From contig CBETVX010000003.1 of the NCBI GenBank assembly GCA_965539935.1, forward strand, positions 9,928 through 73,927: 64,000 nucleotides of DNA, given 5' to 3'. A program made the translations under genes and the position numbers. This document shows, in pieces, positions 46,999 to 58,425 of the stretch. This DNA comes from an uncultured Eubacteriales bacterium (lineage in GTDB: Bacteria > Bacillota > Clostridia > Peptostreptococcales > Caminicellaceae). A model generated the notes under the pieces. It was not told the origin of the DNA. It was given only the letters and a program-made list of their open reading frames with translations, and made no database searches. Numbering within the stretch: the first letter of the stretch is position 1; each line of letters begins with the position of its first letter.

Positions 46999-48621
46999 AT
47001 GAAGAAAATATTTTTTATGTCCATGGTTATAGTTTTTGTGTTATGCCTACCTTTAAGTCAAGTATGGGGAAATGATAAAGTATATGTACCTGAAAAAATA
47101 AAAATTGGACTTAAGTTTGAAGATAGTGCAACATCTATTGCCCATTTACACTCTGACAGTGGTTTCGAGATAGGCTGGTATGATAATAATACATATTATG
47201 TACTTTATAATCTTATGAATAATAAGGATTTAATAATAAGAAAAGATAGTTATTTTATTGAACTAGGCAATTCATATGTTGAGGTAAATGATAATCATGG
47301 AGGAGATGTACATGGGCCTTACCATGTACAAATTGGAAAAGTATTTTCAACAAAAGAGGCTATGGAAAATGAAATAGAAGAGTTAAAAAAAATACTTGAT
47401 GTATATCCTGTATATGAAAATGGATGGAAAATTTATTCAGGGCTATTCATTTCTGAAGAAGAGGCATATCAATACATACAGGCCTATGGGAAAATAAATG
47501 GAGAAGAACTGCAAATCGTATATCCAAGTAACAACAGAATTCAGATTTTAGACACCAATGGTAATGTACTATTTATGTATAAAGATGATGGAGAGGATTA
47601 TTACTATAGAGCCTTTTTAGAAAAGGATAGTCATGGAATAATAAATTTTGATGGAAAAAACTTTCGTGGAGAGTTTCTTATTAAGAGAAATGATGATAGG
47701 GGCTTGACAGTTATAAATTACCTTAGTCTTCAAGAATATTTATATGGAGTTCTTCCTAGAGAAATGTCAGGAGATTGGCCTTTAGAAGCACTAAAGGCTC
47801 AAGCTGTGGCAGCTAGAAATTATGCTGTTGCTAATATGGGTAAGCATAGTGATTATGGGTTCGACTTATGCTCAACTATAGACTGTCAAGTATATGGAGG
47901 TTATGATGTAGAATCTCCAAGAAGTAACATGGCTGTTGATGAAACTATAGGAAAAGTATTAACCTATGAAGGGGAAGTTATCAGTGCCTTTTTTCATTCT
48001 AATAGTGGAGGGAGTACAGAAGATAGCGAGAATGTATGGGGTATGGCTATACCTTATATTAGAGGTGTAAAAGATGATTTTTCATTAGAAGCCCCTAATA
48101 GTAGCTGGACTAAAATATATACTAAAGATGATATTGAAAACATTTTGATTTCAAATGGTATAGATGTTGGAGATATTATTAATGTTTATCCTAAAGAGTA
48201 TTCCAATAATGGACGAGTTATTGAGCTAAGTATTGTAGGGACAGAAGGAGAAAAAGTACTTCTAAGGGAAAAACCAAGAGCTATATTTGGATATAATGAA
48301 CTGAAAAGTATGAATTTTGAGATTGAGACTGATGCAAAGATATTTGTTAAATCAAGTGAAAATTCCACTAAACTCTCTATCAATGGAGTCAATATTATGA
48401 GCAGTAATGGTAATACTAAAGCTAAACTCAATAGATTTAATGTCTACAATGGAGTAAGTAATAAGTCAATTACACTCACATCAGATAAATTTATATTTAA
48501 TGGTAAAGGCTGGGGACATGGATTAGGTATGAGTCAATGGGGAGCTAAAAAAATGGCAGAGCTTGGCTACTCATATGAAGATATATTAAAATACTATTAT
48601 ACAGGAACTAAATTGGAATAG
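46999..48621 (+). CDS. SpoIID/LytB-domain protein
   Basis: 540 aa with signal peptide. Conserved SpoIID core (LKAQAVAARNYA..., CSTIDCQVYGG, FFHSNSGGSTE, GHGLGMSQWGA). Confidence 0.85.
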   Translation: MKKIFFMSMVIVFVLCLPLSQVWGNDKVYVPEKIKIGLKFEDSATSIAHLHSDSGFEIGWYDNNTYYVLYNLMNNKDLIIRKDSYFIELGNSYVEVNDNHGGDVHGPYHVQIGKVFSTKEAMENEIEELKKILDVYPVYENGWKIYSGLFISEEEAYQYIQAYGKINGEELQIVYPSNNRIQILDTNGNVLFMYKDDGEDYYYRAFLEKDSHGIINFDGKNFRGEFLIKRNDDRGLTVINYLSLQEYLYGVLPREMSGDWPLEALKAQAVAARNYAVANMGKHSDYGFDLCSTIDCQVYGGYDVESPRSNMAVDETIGKVLTYEGEVISAFFHSNSGGSTEDSENVWGMAIPYIRGVKDDFSLEAPNSSWTKIYTKDDIENILISNGIDVGDIINVYPKEYSNNGRVIELSIVGTEGEKVLLREKPRAIFGYNELKSMNFEIETDAKIFVKSSENSTKLSINGVNIMSSNGNTKAKLNRFNVYNGVSNKSITLTSDKFIFNGKGWGHGLGMSQWGAKKMAELGYSYEDILKYYYTGTKLE

Positions 48622-48632
48622 GAGTTTTGTAA

Positions 48633-50782
<2,150 letters not shown>

Positions 50783-50863
50783 AATAAATAGAGGAAATAT
50801 TATAATTCTGTTGAATAATAATATTTAATGTAACAGTTGATTTTTCTGAAGGGAGGAGAATAA

Positions 50864-51139
50864 ATGGATGTAGCTTCATTTTCACCTATTATAATGTCTT
50901 TTTTATTTTTAGGAATTTTTTAATTTCTTTTAATAAGACCACAACAAAAGAAAAATAAAGAAATTCAAGAAATGAGAAACAATTTAGAAATTGGAGATAA
51001 TGTAACAACCATAGGTGGGATTCAAGGGAAAATAACAAAAATCAAAGATGATTCATTAACACTTGAGGTAGGTGCAGATAAAGTTAGATTACAAATAGCT
51101 AGATGGGCGGTAGGAGCAAAAAATTCAAAAAATGATTAA
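50864..51139 (+). pseudogene. yajC: yajC (preprotein translocase subunit) interrupted by an in-frame TAA at 50921-50923
   Basis: Reads MDVASFSPIIMSFLFLGIF*FLLIRPQQKKNKEIQEMRNNLEIGDNVTTIGGIQGKITKIKDD...*. The stop sits where YajC proteins carry the Tyr of the conserved FYFLLIRPQQK segment. RBS GGGAGGAG. Neither half is in the ORF track. Confidence 0.7.
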
Positions 51140-51144
51140 AAAGT

Positions 51145-51175
51145 AAAGAGAATGGTTAGCCATTCTCTTTTTGTT
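51145..51175 (+). terminator. Intrinsic terminator after yajC
   Basis: AAAGAGAATGG-ttag-CCATTCTCTTT followed by TTG. Confidence 0.75.
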
Positions 51176-51237
51176 CTAAAGATAGTACATCTACATATAT
51201 TTTATTAAGAGTATTATTATGTGGAGGTGCTATATTT

Positions 51238-51633
51238 ATGCCATATTCTAAAGGACTTGAGAGCAATACAAAAAAAACTAGACTTATATATTTAAAGAGT
51301 ATTATTAAAGCAATGATATTTGCTTTAATAGCGTTTTTGATTTTAGCTGTACTTGTTACATTCACTTCAATTTCTGAAAATATTGTATCTTTAATTACTT
51401 CAATAGTAATGGTTTTAAGCATTGCATATAGTGGATTATTAACTGCAATCAAAAAAGAGAAAAATGGTTTAGTTCAAGGATTAATTACAGGAGCAATGTA
51501 TGTATTGCTTATAATTTTTTTATGTTGGGCATTAGATAGAAGCTTTTCAATGGATAAAATAGTTCTATTAAAGGCTGTCCTTGGTATAATATCAGGGGGA
51601 CTAGGTGGTATGATAGGAGTAAATTTAAAATAA
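51238..51633 (+). CDS. TIGR04086/YrzE-like small integral membrane protein
   Basis: 131 aa, 4 TM. Lies between yajC and secDF, as yrzE-type genes do in other Firmicutes. RBS GGAGGTG. Confidence 0.6.
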   Translation: MPYSKGLESNTKKTRLIYLKSIIKAMIFALIAFLILAVLVTFTSISENIVSLITSIVMVLSIAYSGLLTAIKKEKNGLVQGLITGAMYVLLIIFLCWALDRSFSMDKIVLLKAVLGIISGGLGGMIGVNLK

Positions 51634-51699
51634 AAAATCTTTAAATAGCTAACATCATATGCTATAATTTACTAGTAATAAAAATTAGGAGGTATTTAT

Positions 51700-51840
51700 A
51701 TGAAGCATATTAAGACACTAAGCTTTGGTTCATTAAAAACTACAGTAGAAAAGGCAGGTTGCGGAGAATGTCAAACTTCTTGCCAATCAGCATGTAAGAC
51801 ATCATGTACTGTAGCTAACCAAGAATGTGAAAATAAATAG
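51700..51840 (+). CDS. scfA: SCIFF (six-cysteines-in-forty-five) ranthipeptide precursor
   Basis: 46 aa: MKHIKTLSFGSLKTTVEKAGCGECQTSCQSACKTSCTVANQECENK*, with exactly six Cys. RBS AGGAGG, with an extended -10 (TGCTATAAT) upstream. Not in the ORF track. Confidence 0.9.
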   Translation: MKHIKTLSFGSLKTTVEKAGCGECQTSCQSACKTSCTVANQECENK

Positions 51841-51853
51841 GGATACATAATTA

Positions 51854-51878
51854 AAGGCAGCTTTTAGGCTGCTTTTTC
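51854..51878 (+). terminator. Hairpin plus T-run between precursor and maturase (probable partial terminator)
   Basis: AAGGCAGC-ttttag-GCTGCTTTTT. Confidence 0.5.
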
Positions 51879-51912
51879 TATGATAATAAATATTTTATTA
51901 GGGAGGATAAAA

Positions 51913-53274
51913 ATGATACATAAATTTACTATAGATGATACTTATATTGTCCTAGATGTAAATAGTGGTGCTGTTCATGTTGTAGACGATATAGTTTATG
52001 ATATGCTTGATCACTATCCTAGATTTGGGGAAGATGAGCTAATAAATGAATTAGGAGAAAAATATCATAAAGATGAAATAAAAAAAGCCCTTTTAGAAAT
52101 AAAGGAGTTAGAAAAGAATGATTTACTATTTTCAAAGGATGATTATATTTCAAATCTAAGTTTTAAAAATAGAAAGCCAGTAATTAAGGCTCTGTGCTTA
52201 CATATAGCCCATGATTGTAATATAAGATGTAAATACTGTTTTGCATCCCAAGGAGACTTTAAAGGTGACAGAAGTCTAATGTCAGAAGAAGTTGGAAAAA
52301 AGGCTTTAGACTTTTTGATAGAAAACTCTGGCAATAGAAGAAATTTGGAAGTGGACTTTTTTGGTGGAGAACCTTTAATGAATTTTGAAGTTGTAAAGAA
52401 TTTAGTTGATTATGGAAGACAAAGAGAAAAAGAAACAGGTAAGAGATTCCGATTTACAATTACTACAAACGGGGTATTGCTTGATGATGATAAAATAGCA
52501 TATATAAATGAAAATATGGAAAATATAGTTCTTAGCATTGATGGAAGAAAAAAAATTAATGATAAAATGAGATATACTATTAATGGAGAAGGAACTTATG
52601 ATATAATTTTACCTAAGTTCAAAAAAATGGTAGATGCTAGAGGAGAAAAAAGTTATTACGTTAGGGGAACATTCACGAAACATAATTTGGATTTTGCTGA
52701 AGATGTTCTTCATTTAGCTGATTTAGGATTTAAACATACATCAGTTGAGCCTGTTGTTGCAGAGCCTGGAAAAGATTATGAAATAACTTCAGAGGACTTA
52801 GATACAATCTTCAATCAATATGAAATGTTATCTAAGGAAATAATAAAGAGAGAAAAGGACGGAAGAGGCTTTAATTTCTTTCATTTCATGATCGATTTAA
52901 ACCAAGGACCATGTGTTATAAAAAGATTAGTAGGCTGTGGGGCTGGGTCTGAATATCTAGCAATTACTCCGGAAGGCGATATTTACCCTTGCCATCAATT
53001 TGTGGGTAATGAAGAATTTAACATGGGAAATGTAAATACGGGGCTAAGTGGTGAAAAACTAAATATAGATTTTGCCAATGCCCATGTATATAATAAAGAT
53101 AAATGCAATGAGTGCTGGGCTAAGTTCTACTGTAGTGGTGGATGCCATGCAAATGCCTATAATTTTAATAAAGATATAAATGTTCCCTATGAATTAGGTT
53201 GTGAGATGGAAAAGAAAAGAATAGAATGTGCAATTTATATACAGGCTAAACTAATGGATAAAGAAGAAAATTAA
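51913..53274 (+). CDS. scfB: SCIFF radical SAM/SPASM thioether-forming maturase
   Basis: CNIRCKYC radical-SAM motif and C-terminal SPASM cysteines (CGAG...YPCHQF, CNECWAKFYCSGGCHANA). ATG 51913 lies 6 nt after GGGAGG. Confidence 0.9.
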   Translation: MIHKFTIDDTYIVLDVNSGAVHVVDDIVYDMLDHYPRFGEDELINELGEKYHKDEIKKALLEIKELEKNDLLFSKDDYISNLSFKNRKPVIKALCLHIAHDCNIRCKYCFASQGDFKGDRSLMSEEVGKKALDFLIENSGNRRNLEVDFFGGEPLMNFEVVKNLVDYGRQREKETGKRFRFTITTNGVLLDDDKIAYINENMENIVLSIDGRKKINDKMRYTINGEGTYDIILPKFKKMVDARGEKSYYVRGTFTKHNLDFAEDVLHLADLGFKHTSVEPVVAEPGKDYEITSEDLDTIFNQYEMLSKEIIKREKDGRGFNFFHFMIDLNQGPCVIKRLVGCGAGSEYLAITPEGDIYPCHQFVGNEEFNMGNVNTGLSGEKLNIDFANAHVYNKDKCNECWAKFYCSGGCHANAYNFNKDINVPYELGCEMEKKRIECAIYIQAKLMDKEEN

Positions 53275-53295
53275 AAGATGATGGAGGAGAAGAAA

Positions 53296-53805
53296 GTGAT
53301 TAGAAAGTACAAGGAATATATGCCTAAGGTACATGATAGTTGCTTTATAGCAGATTCAGCCGAAATAATTGGAAAAGTGACCTTGAAAGAAAATGTAAAT
53401 ATCTGGTTCAATGCAGTTCTAAGAGGAGATGTAAATACTATCGATGTAGGTGCCAATACTAATATCCAAGATAATTGTGTAGTACATGTCAATGGAAGCG
53501 TACCTATTCCAACTATTATAGGTGAAAATTGTACAATAGGACATAGTGCAATTATTCACGCTTGTACCATTGGAAATAATGTATTAATTGGAATGGGAGC
53601 TATCATATTAGACGGTGCCGTAATAGAAGATAATGTGATTATTGGAGCAGGTGCCCTCATACCACCTGGAAAGAAAATACCGAAGAATTCATTAGTTGTA
53701 GGAAGTCCTGGAAAAGTAGTAAGACAGCTATCTGAAAAGGAAGTAAAAGAACTTGAAGAATCTGCTGAGCATTACGTAAGTCTAGCAAAGGAATATATGG
53801 AATAA
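53296..53805 (+). CDS. Gamma-class carbonic anhydrase-family (hexapeptide repeat) protein
   Basis: IRKYKEYMPKVHDSCFIADSAEIIGKV...NIWFNAVLRGD left-handed beta-helix repeats. GTG 53296 lies 6 nt after GGAGGAG. ATG 53278 is the alternative start. Confidence 0.85.
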   Translation: MIRKYKEYMPKVHDSCFIADSAEIIGKVTLKENVNIWFNAVLRGDVNTIDVGANTNIQDNCVVHVNGSVPIPTIIGENCTIGHSAIIHACTIGNNVLIGMGAIILDGAVIEDNVIIGAGALIPPGKKIPKNSLVVGSPGKVVRQLSEKEVKELEESAEHYVSLAKEYME

Positions 53806-53875
53806 ATGTGCAAATATTTATTTCCATATTATAACATTAAATTTAATATTGTTATGAAAAATAGGAGGTATACAA

Positions 53876-55210
53876 ATGAAATCTAAAAATATTATATTGT
53901 TTCTGCTAGTAATAGCTATAATAGCAGGGGGAGTATATACTGCCTTTAATGGTCTTAAAATAGGCAATTTTTCCATTAGTCCAATAAAAGACTCAATAAA
54001 ACTTGGCTTAGATATAAAGGGTGGAGTATATGTGGTCCTAGAAGCTGATACAAATGCTCAAGGTGAAGAACTTGATAAGATTATGGACCAAACTATTGAA
54101 GTTATTCGAAAACGTGTTGATGCTTTAGGACTTACAGAACCAAATATTCTAAAAGAGGGAGATAATAGGATAAGAATAGAGCTTCCAGGAGTAAAAAATG
54201 CTGAAGAGGCAATTGCACAAATTGGACAAACAGCTCAGTTACAATTTAAAAGACTTAATGATGAGGCCCTAGAAAAGTTATTAGAAAATCAAGATTTTAC
54301 TTTTGAAAATATAACAGATGTTGTAAGAGAGTATGGAGAGGTAGTACTTACAGGGAAGGATGTTAGCAATTCCGAATTAGGATTTCATCCAGAAACTAAT
54401 GAGCCAATAGTTACTCTAGAATTAAATAAAGAAGGAGCAGAAGCTTTTAGAGTAGCAACTAAAGAGTTATCAGCACTTGCTGATGAAGATCCAAGTAAGA
54501 GAATATTTATTTTCCTAGATAAGGATATGCTATCAGCTCCTGCAGCTACGCAAGAAATTCCTAATGGACAGGCCTATATTACAGGAGAGTTTACCGCTGA
54601 AAGCGCCTCTACTTTGGCTGCCCTTATAAGGGGTGGGGCTCTTCCAGTAGATCTAATTGAAGTACAGACATCAGCTCAAGGACCAACCTTAGGGATAGAT
54701 TCATTAAAAACCTCATTAAATGCAGCTTATATTGGTATTACGTTAGTTCTTTTATTCATGATATTTTATTATAGAATACCAGGTATCGTTGCAAGTATAG
54801 CCTTGATATTATACACATTAATTGTACTATATGTATTTGTTGGATTAAATGCGACTTTAACACTTCCAGGTGTAGCTGGACTTATTTTATCTATTGGTAT
54901 GGCAGTGGATGCCAATGTAATAATATTTGAAAGAATCAAGGAAGAACTTAGAAACGGAAAAACCATACGTTCTTCTATTGAGTCTGGATTTTCTAAGGCA
55001 ATAAAAACAATAATGGATTCAAATATTACTACATTGATAGCTGCAGTAGTTTTATATAACTTTGGGTTAGGACAAATTAAAGGTTTTGCTATAACTCTAA
55101 TGATAGGTATTATTACAAGTTTATTTACAGCAGTAGTAATAACTAAATATTTACTAAAAACTATTGTAAATATGGGGATTTCCAAAAACACTAAGTTTTA
55201 TGGTGTTTAG
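53876..55210 (+). CDS. secD: Protein translocase subunit SecD
   Basis: 444 aa. N-terminal TM, periplasmic-type domain (LGLDIKGG...), C-terminal 5-6 TM RND-like domain. Confidence 0.92.
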   Translation: MKSKNIILFLLVIAIIAGGVYTAFNGLKIGNFSISPIKDSIKLGLDIKGGVYVVLEADTNAQGEELDKIMDQTIEVIRKRVDALGLTEPNILKEGDNRIRIELPGVKNAEEAIAQIGQTAQLQFKRLNDEALEKLLENQDFTFENITDVVREYGEVVLTGKDVSNSELGFHPETNEPIVTLELNKEGAEAFRVATKELSALADEDPSKRIFIFLDKDMLSAPAATQEIPNGQAYITGEFTAESASTLAALIRGGALPVDLIEVQTSAQGPTLGIDSLKTSLNAAYIGITLVLLFMIFYYRIPGIVASIALILYTLIVLYVFVGLNATLTLPGVAGLILSIGMAVDANVIIFERIKEELRNGKTIRSSIESGFSKAIKTIMDSNITTLIAAVVLYNFGLGQIKGFAITLMIGIITSLFTAVVITKYLLKTIVNMGISKNTKFYGV

Positions 55211-55224
55211 AAAGGGGAGATAAC

Positions 55225-56076
55225 ATGAAAATAGCAGAAAATTATAAAATATGGTTTGGAATTTCTATTGTTGTAATGATATTAGGATTAGTTATGACAT
55301 TGGTATCAGGAATAAATTTAGGAATAGATTTTACCGGTGGAACAATGTTGCAATTTAAACTAGATCAAGATTTCACAACTGAAGAAATTAGAGAATTATT
55401 AAAAGATTATGATTTAGACCCTCAAATAATACATGTAGGAACTAATAAACAAGAAGTTCAAATAAAAACTAAAAAAGATTTATCAAATGATGTTAGATTA
55501 GAAATTATAGAACTTTTTGATGAGAAATATAATATTGGTGATGAAGGATTTAGACAAGCTCAACAATTTGGCCCTTCTATTGGGAAGGAAATACAAAATA
55601 AAGCTTTAATTTCTATACTTATAGCAAGTATTGGAATGCTTTTATATATTACATTTAGATTTGAGTTTAAATTTGGATTGGCTTCAATAATAGCCTTGAT
55701 TCATGATGTGCTTATTGTATTATCGGTATATGCTATATTAAAAGTTCCTGTAAATAGTTCTTTTATTGCAGCTATACTAACTATAGTTGGTTATTCTATC
55801 AATGATACCATAGTAGTATTTGATAGACTTAGAGAAAATTTAAAATATAGAAAGAAAGAATCTTATTTTGAAATTGCAGATATTAGTATAAAACAAACAC
55901 TAACTAGATCTATTAATACTTCAATAACTACATTAATTGTAATAGCTACTTTATATATTCTAGGAGCTGAATTAATAAAAGAGTTTGCATTACCATTATT
56001 AGCAGGTGTAATAACTGGAACTTACTCATCTATTTTCATTGCAAGTCCAGTTTGGACTCTTTTAAAGAAGGCATAA
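55225..56076 (+). CDS. secF: Protein translocase subunit SecF
   Basis: 283 aa. GIDFTGGT, followed by a 5 TM domain with VGYSINDTIVVFDRLRE. Confidence 0.92.
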   Translation: MKIAENYKIWFGISIVVMILGLVMTLVSGINLGIDFTGGTMLQFKLDQDFTTEEIRELLKDYDLDPQIIHVGTNKQEVQIKTKKDLSNDVRLEIIELFDEKYNIGDEGFRQAQQFGPSIGKEIQNKALISILIASIGMLLYITFRFEFKFGLASIIALIHDVLIVLSVYAILKVPVNSSFIAAILTIVGYSINDTIVVFDRLRENLKYRKKESYFEIADISIKQTLTRSINTSITTLIVIATLYILGAELIKEFALPLLAGVITGTYSSIFIASPVWTLLKKA

Positions 56077-56109
56077 AACAATAAATTCATAGTTTTATAG
56101 GATTAATTT

Positions 56110-56157
56110 AATGGTAATAATGTCTATATAGAGATTATTACCATTTTTATTTTTTTT
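56110..56157 (+). terminator. Strong intrinsic terminator after secF
   Basis: AATGGTAATAAT-12 nt loop-ATTATTACCATT followed by TTTATTTTTTTT. Confidence 0.85.
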
Positions 56158-56168
56158 GAGGTGTATAA

Positions 56169-57842
56169 ATGAGTATTAAATTTGTTAAGGGTTATAAAAA
56201 TGTAAAAAGGTACAAAGAAATAGCAGAAGTTTTGGTGAAATATGGCTTTGGATTTTTTGTGGAAAAATTAATTGATAATAATTTAGTTCCTTCATACATA
56301 CTAAAAAGGAGTAAGAGAAGTCTTGATTTTACTACTGGAAAAAGAATAAGACTTATGTGTGAAGAATTAGGACCTACATTTATAAAGTTAGGACAAATTG
56401 CAAGTACACGGGCAGACCTACTATCCGATGATATTATTGGAGAGTTAGAAAAATTACAGGACAGTGTACCACAAATCCCCTTTGAACAAATAAATAGAGT
56501 ATTTAAGAATGAGTTTGGAGTAGAGGTAGTAGAAGCATTTGAAAGTTTTGATGAAACCCCAATAGCAGCTGCTTCTATAGGACAAGTTCATAGGGCCAGT
56601 TTAAAAACAGGGGAAGAAGTTGTAGTTAAAATCCAAAGACCAAATATTAAAGAAATGATAAATACAGATATAAATATTTTATTATCTATGAGCAAATTAT
56701 TTGATGAATATTTTAAGGATATGTTACCCTTAAGTTTACATGAAATAATGATAGAACTTACGAGTTCTATTAAGTATGAATTAGATTATACTAAAGAGGG
56801 AAGAAATACTGAGAGGTTCATAGATAATTTTAAAGGAAATTCAAACATATATATACCGGAAATTATTTGGGATTATAGCTCAGAAAGAGTACTGACTCAA
56901 AAATATGTAAAGGGAATTAAAGTTTCAAATATAAGATCAATAAGAGAAAAGGGTTGGGATACTAAAAAAATTGCTGATATTGGGGCTAGAGCTTTTTTAA
57001 AACAAGTGTTAATCTTTGGTTTTTTTCATGGTGATCCCCATCCAGGAAATATACTTGTGATAGATGAAAATAAAATTGCATTTATTGATTTTGGTTTATG
57101 TGGGTATCTAGATAAAAAGTCAGTTTCTTTAATAACTAATATGTTTATAGCAGGGGGAAAGAAAGATGTAGATAAAATAATTGACCTACTAATGCAAGTA
57201 GAAGCTATTACAAGTAAGACTAACACCACAAGATTAAGGGAAGATTTGATGTATTTTATCTATCACTATTATAATACTCCTATAAAAAAAATAAATATTA
57301 GTAAAATGGTTACAGAATTTATGAAAATAATTTATGAAAATAAAATTAAACTTCCATCTCAGTTTACTATACTAACTAAAGCTTTAATTACAGTGGAGGG
57401 AACTGGTAGACTCCTTAATCCAGAATTTAGTATATCAAGTATTATGAAAGAGTTTACTGGAGATATATTTAAGCACAAATATAGCATAGATAATATCATT
57501 AGAAATTTTCTTGATTTCACTGAAGAAACCATGTATGACTTAAAGACATATCCAAGACAATTAAAAAATATAATAAAAATGATAGAAAAAAATGAAATAA
57601 AACTATCTTTAGAAGAAATAGGATTTAAAAGATTAGAAAGAGAATTAAAGACTGTTTTCAATAGGCTCAGTTTAAGTTTAATAATAGCTTCATTATTTAT
57701 AGGTTCTTCACTAACAGTTGATTTAAATATAAAACCCCAAATATTTAATATCCCTTTATATAGTTTCATCGGATATGTTTCAGCCATGATATTATGTTTT
57801 ATTTTGATATTTGCTATTTTTTCAGAAGATATCAAAAAATAA
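56169..57842 (+). CDS. ABC1/UbiB-family atypical kinase
   Basis: 557 aa. PIAAASIGQVHRA, HGDPHPGN, two C-terminal TM segments. Confidence 0.85.
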   Translation: MSIKFVKGYKNVKRYKEIAEVLVKYGFGFFVEKLIDNNLVPSYILKRSKRSLDFTTGKRIRLMCEELGPTFIKLGQIASTRADLLSDDIIGELEKLQDSVPQIPFEQINRVFKNEFGVEVVEAFESFDETPIAAASIGQVHRASLKTGEEVVVKIQRPNIKEMINTDINILLSMSKLFDEYFKDMLPLSLHEIMIELTSSIKYELDYTKEGRNTERFIDNFKGNSNIYIPEIIWDYSSERVLTQKYVKGIKVSNIRSIREKGWDTKKIADIGARAFLKQVLIFGFFHGDPHPGNILVIDENKIAFIDFGLCGYLDKKSVSLITNMFIAGGKKDVDKIIDLLMQVEAITSKTNTTRLREDLMYFIYHYYNTPIKKINISKMVTEFMKIIYENKIKLPSQFTILTKALITVEGTGRLLNPEFSISSIMKEFTGDIFKHKYSIDNIIRNFLDFTEETMYDLKTYPRQLKNIIKMIEKNEIKLSLEEIGFKRLERELKTVFNRLSLSLIIASLFIGSSLTVDLNIKPQIFNIPLYSFIGYVSAMILCFILIFAIFSEDIKK

Positions 57843-57915
57843 ATATATTTGAAGGATTAAAAAGAAGTTTGTTGAATAGTATTAACTATTCACAAATTAT
57901 ACGGGAGTGATTATA

Positions 57916-58326
57916 ATGCAAATACTTTTTGTTATATCTTTATTGTTTGCAATTTTAGTTGCAGTTTTCGCAGTACAAAATTCCGACCCAGTTACCATAA
58001 ATTTATTATGGAAACAATATCCTGCTTCTCAAGCTATAGTAATATTAGGTTCTGCTGCGGTGGGAGCAGTTGTTGTTGCCCTATTAGGTATATTTAGTAA
58101 AATTAAATCTACTTTAAAGATACGAGAACTTCAAAATAAAGTAAAAAACCTGGAAAATGCTTTACAAGAACAAAATGAGACAAAGGATGTTTTAAGTTCA
58201 GTTAATGCTAGAACTATAGACAATAATCTTATTCAGTCTAGTTCGGATTTAGAAAAGAATACAGAAGAAGTTGAAGATAATGTATCAAAGGAAGATACAG
58301 AAAATAAAGCATCTGAATTGAAATAA
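57916..58326 (+). CDS. LapA-domain (DUF1049) membrane protein with a coiled-coil tail
   Basis: Two TM segments (LFAILVAVFAVQNS..., AIVILGSAAVGAVVVALLG), then LQNKVKNLENALQE. ATG 57916 lies 8 nt after GGGAG. Confidence 0.6.
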   Translation: MQILFVISLLFAILVAVFAVQNSDPVTINLLWKQYPASQAIVILGSAAVGAVVVALLGIFSKIKSTLKIRELQNKVKNLENALQEQNETKDVLSSVNARTIDNNLIQSSSDLEKNTEEVEDNVSKEDTENKASELK

Positions 58327-58425
58327 AATCAATATAAACTATATTTTGCAAAAAACCTTAATATGTTGATGAAATCCATGATTTATCATATAATAGTAAA
58401 GTACATTTATATTGTAGGTGAAAAT

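Noticed and set aside
51156-51452. 98-aa minus-strand ORF spanning the yajC terminator and the start of the TIGR04086-type gene.
   Set aside because: It overlaps a clear plus-strand terminator hairpin and a plus-strand gene that has a good RBS. The plus-strand reading fits conserved synteny.
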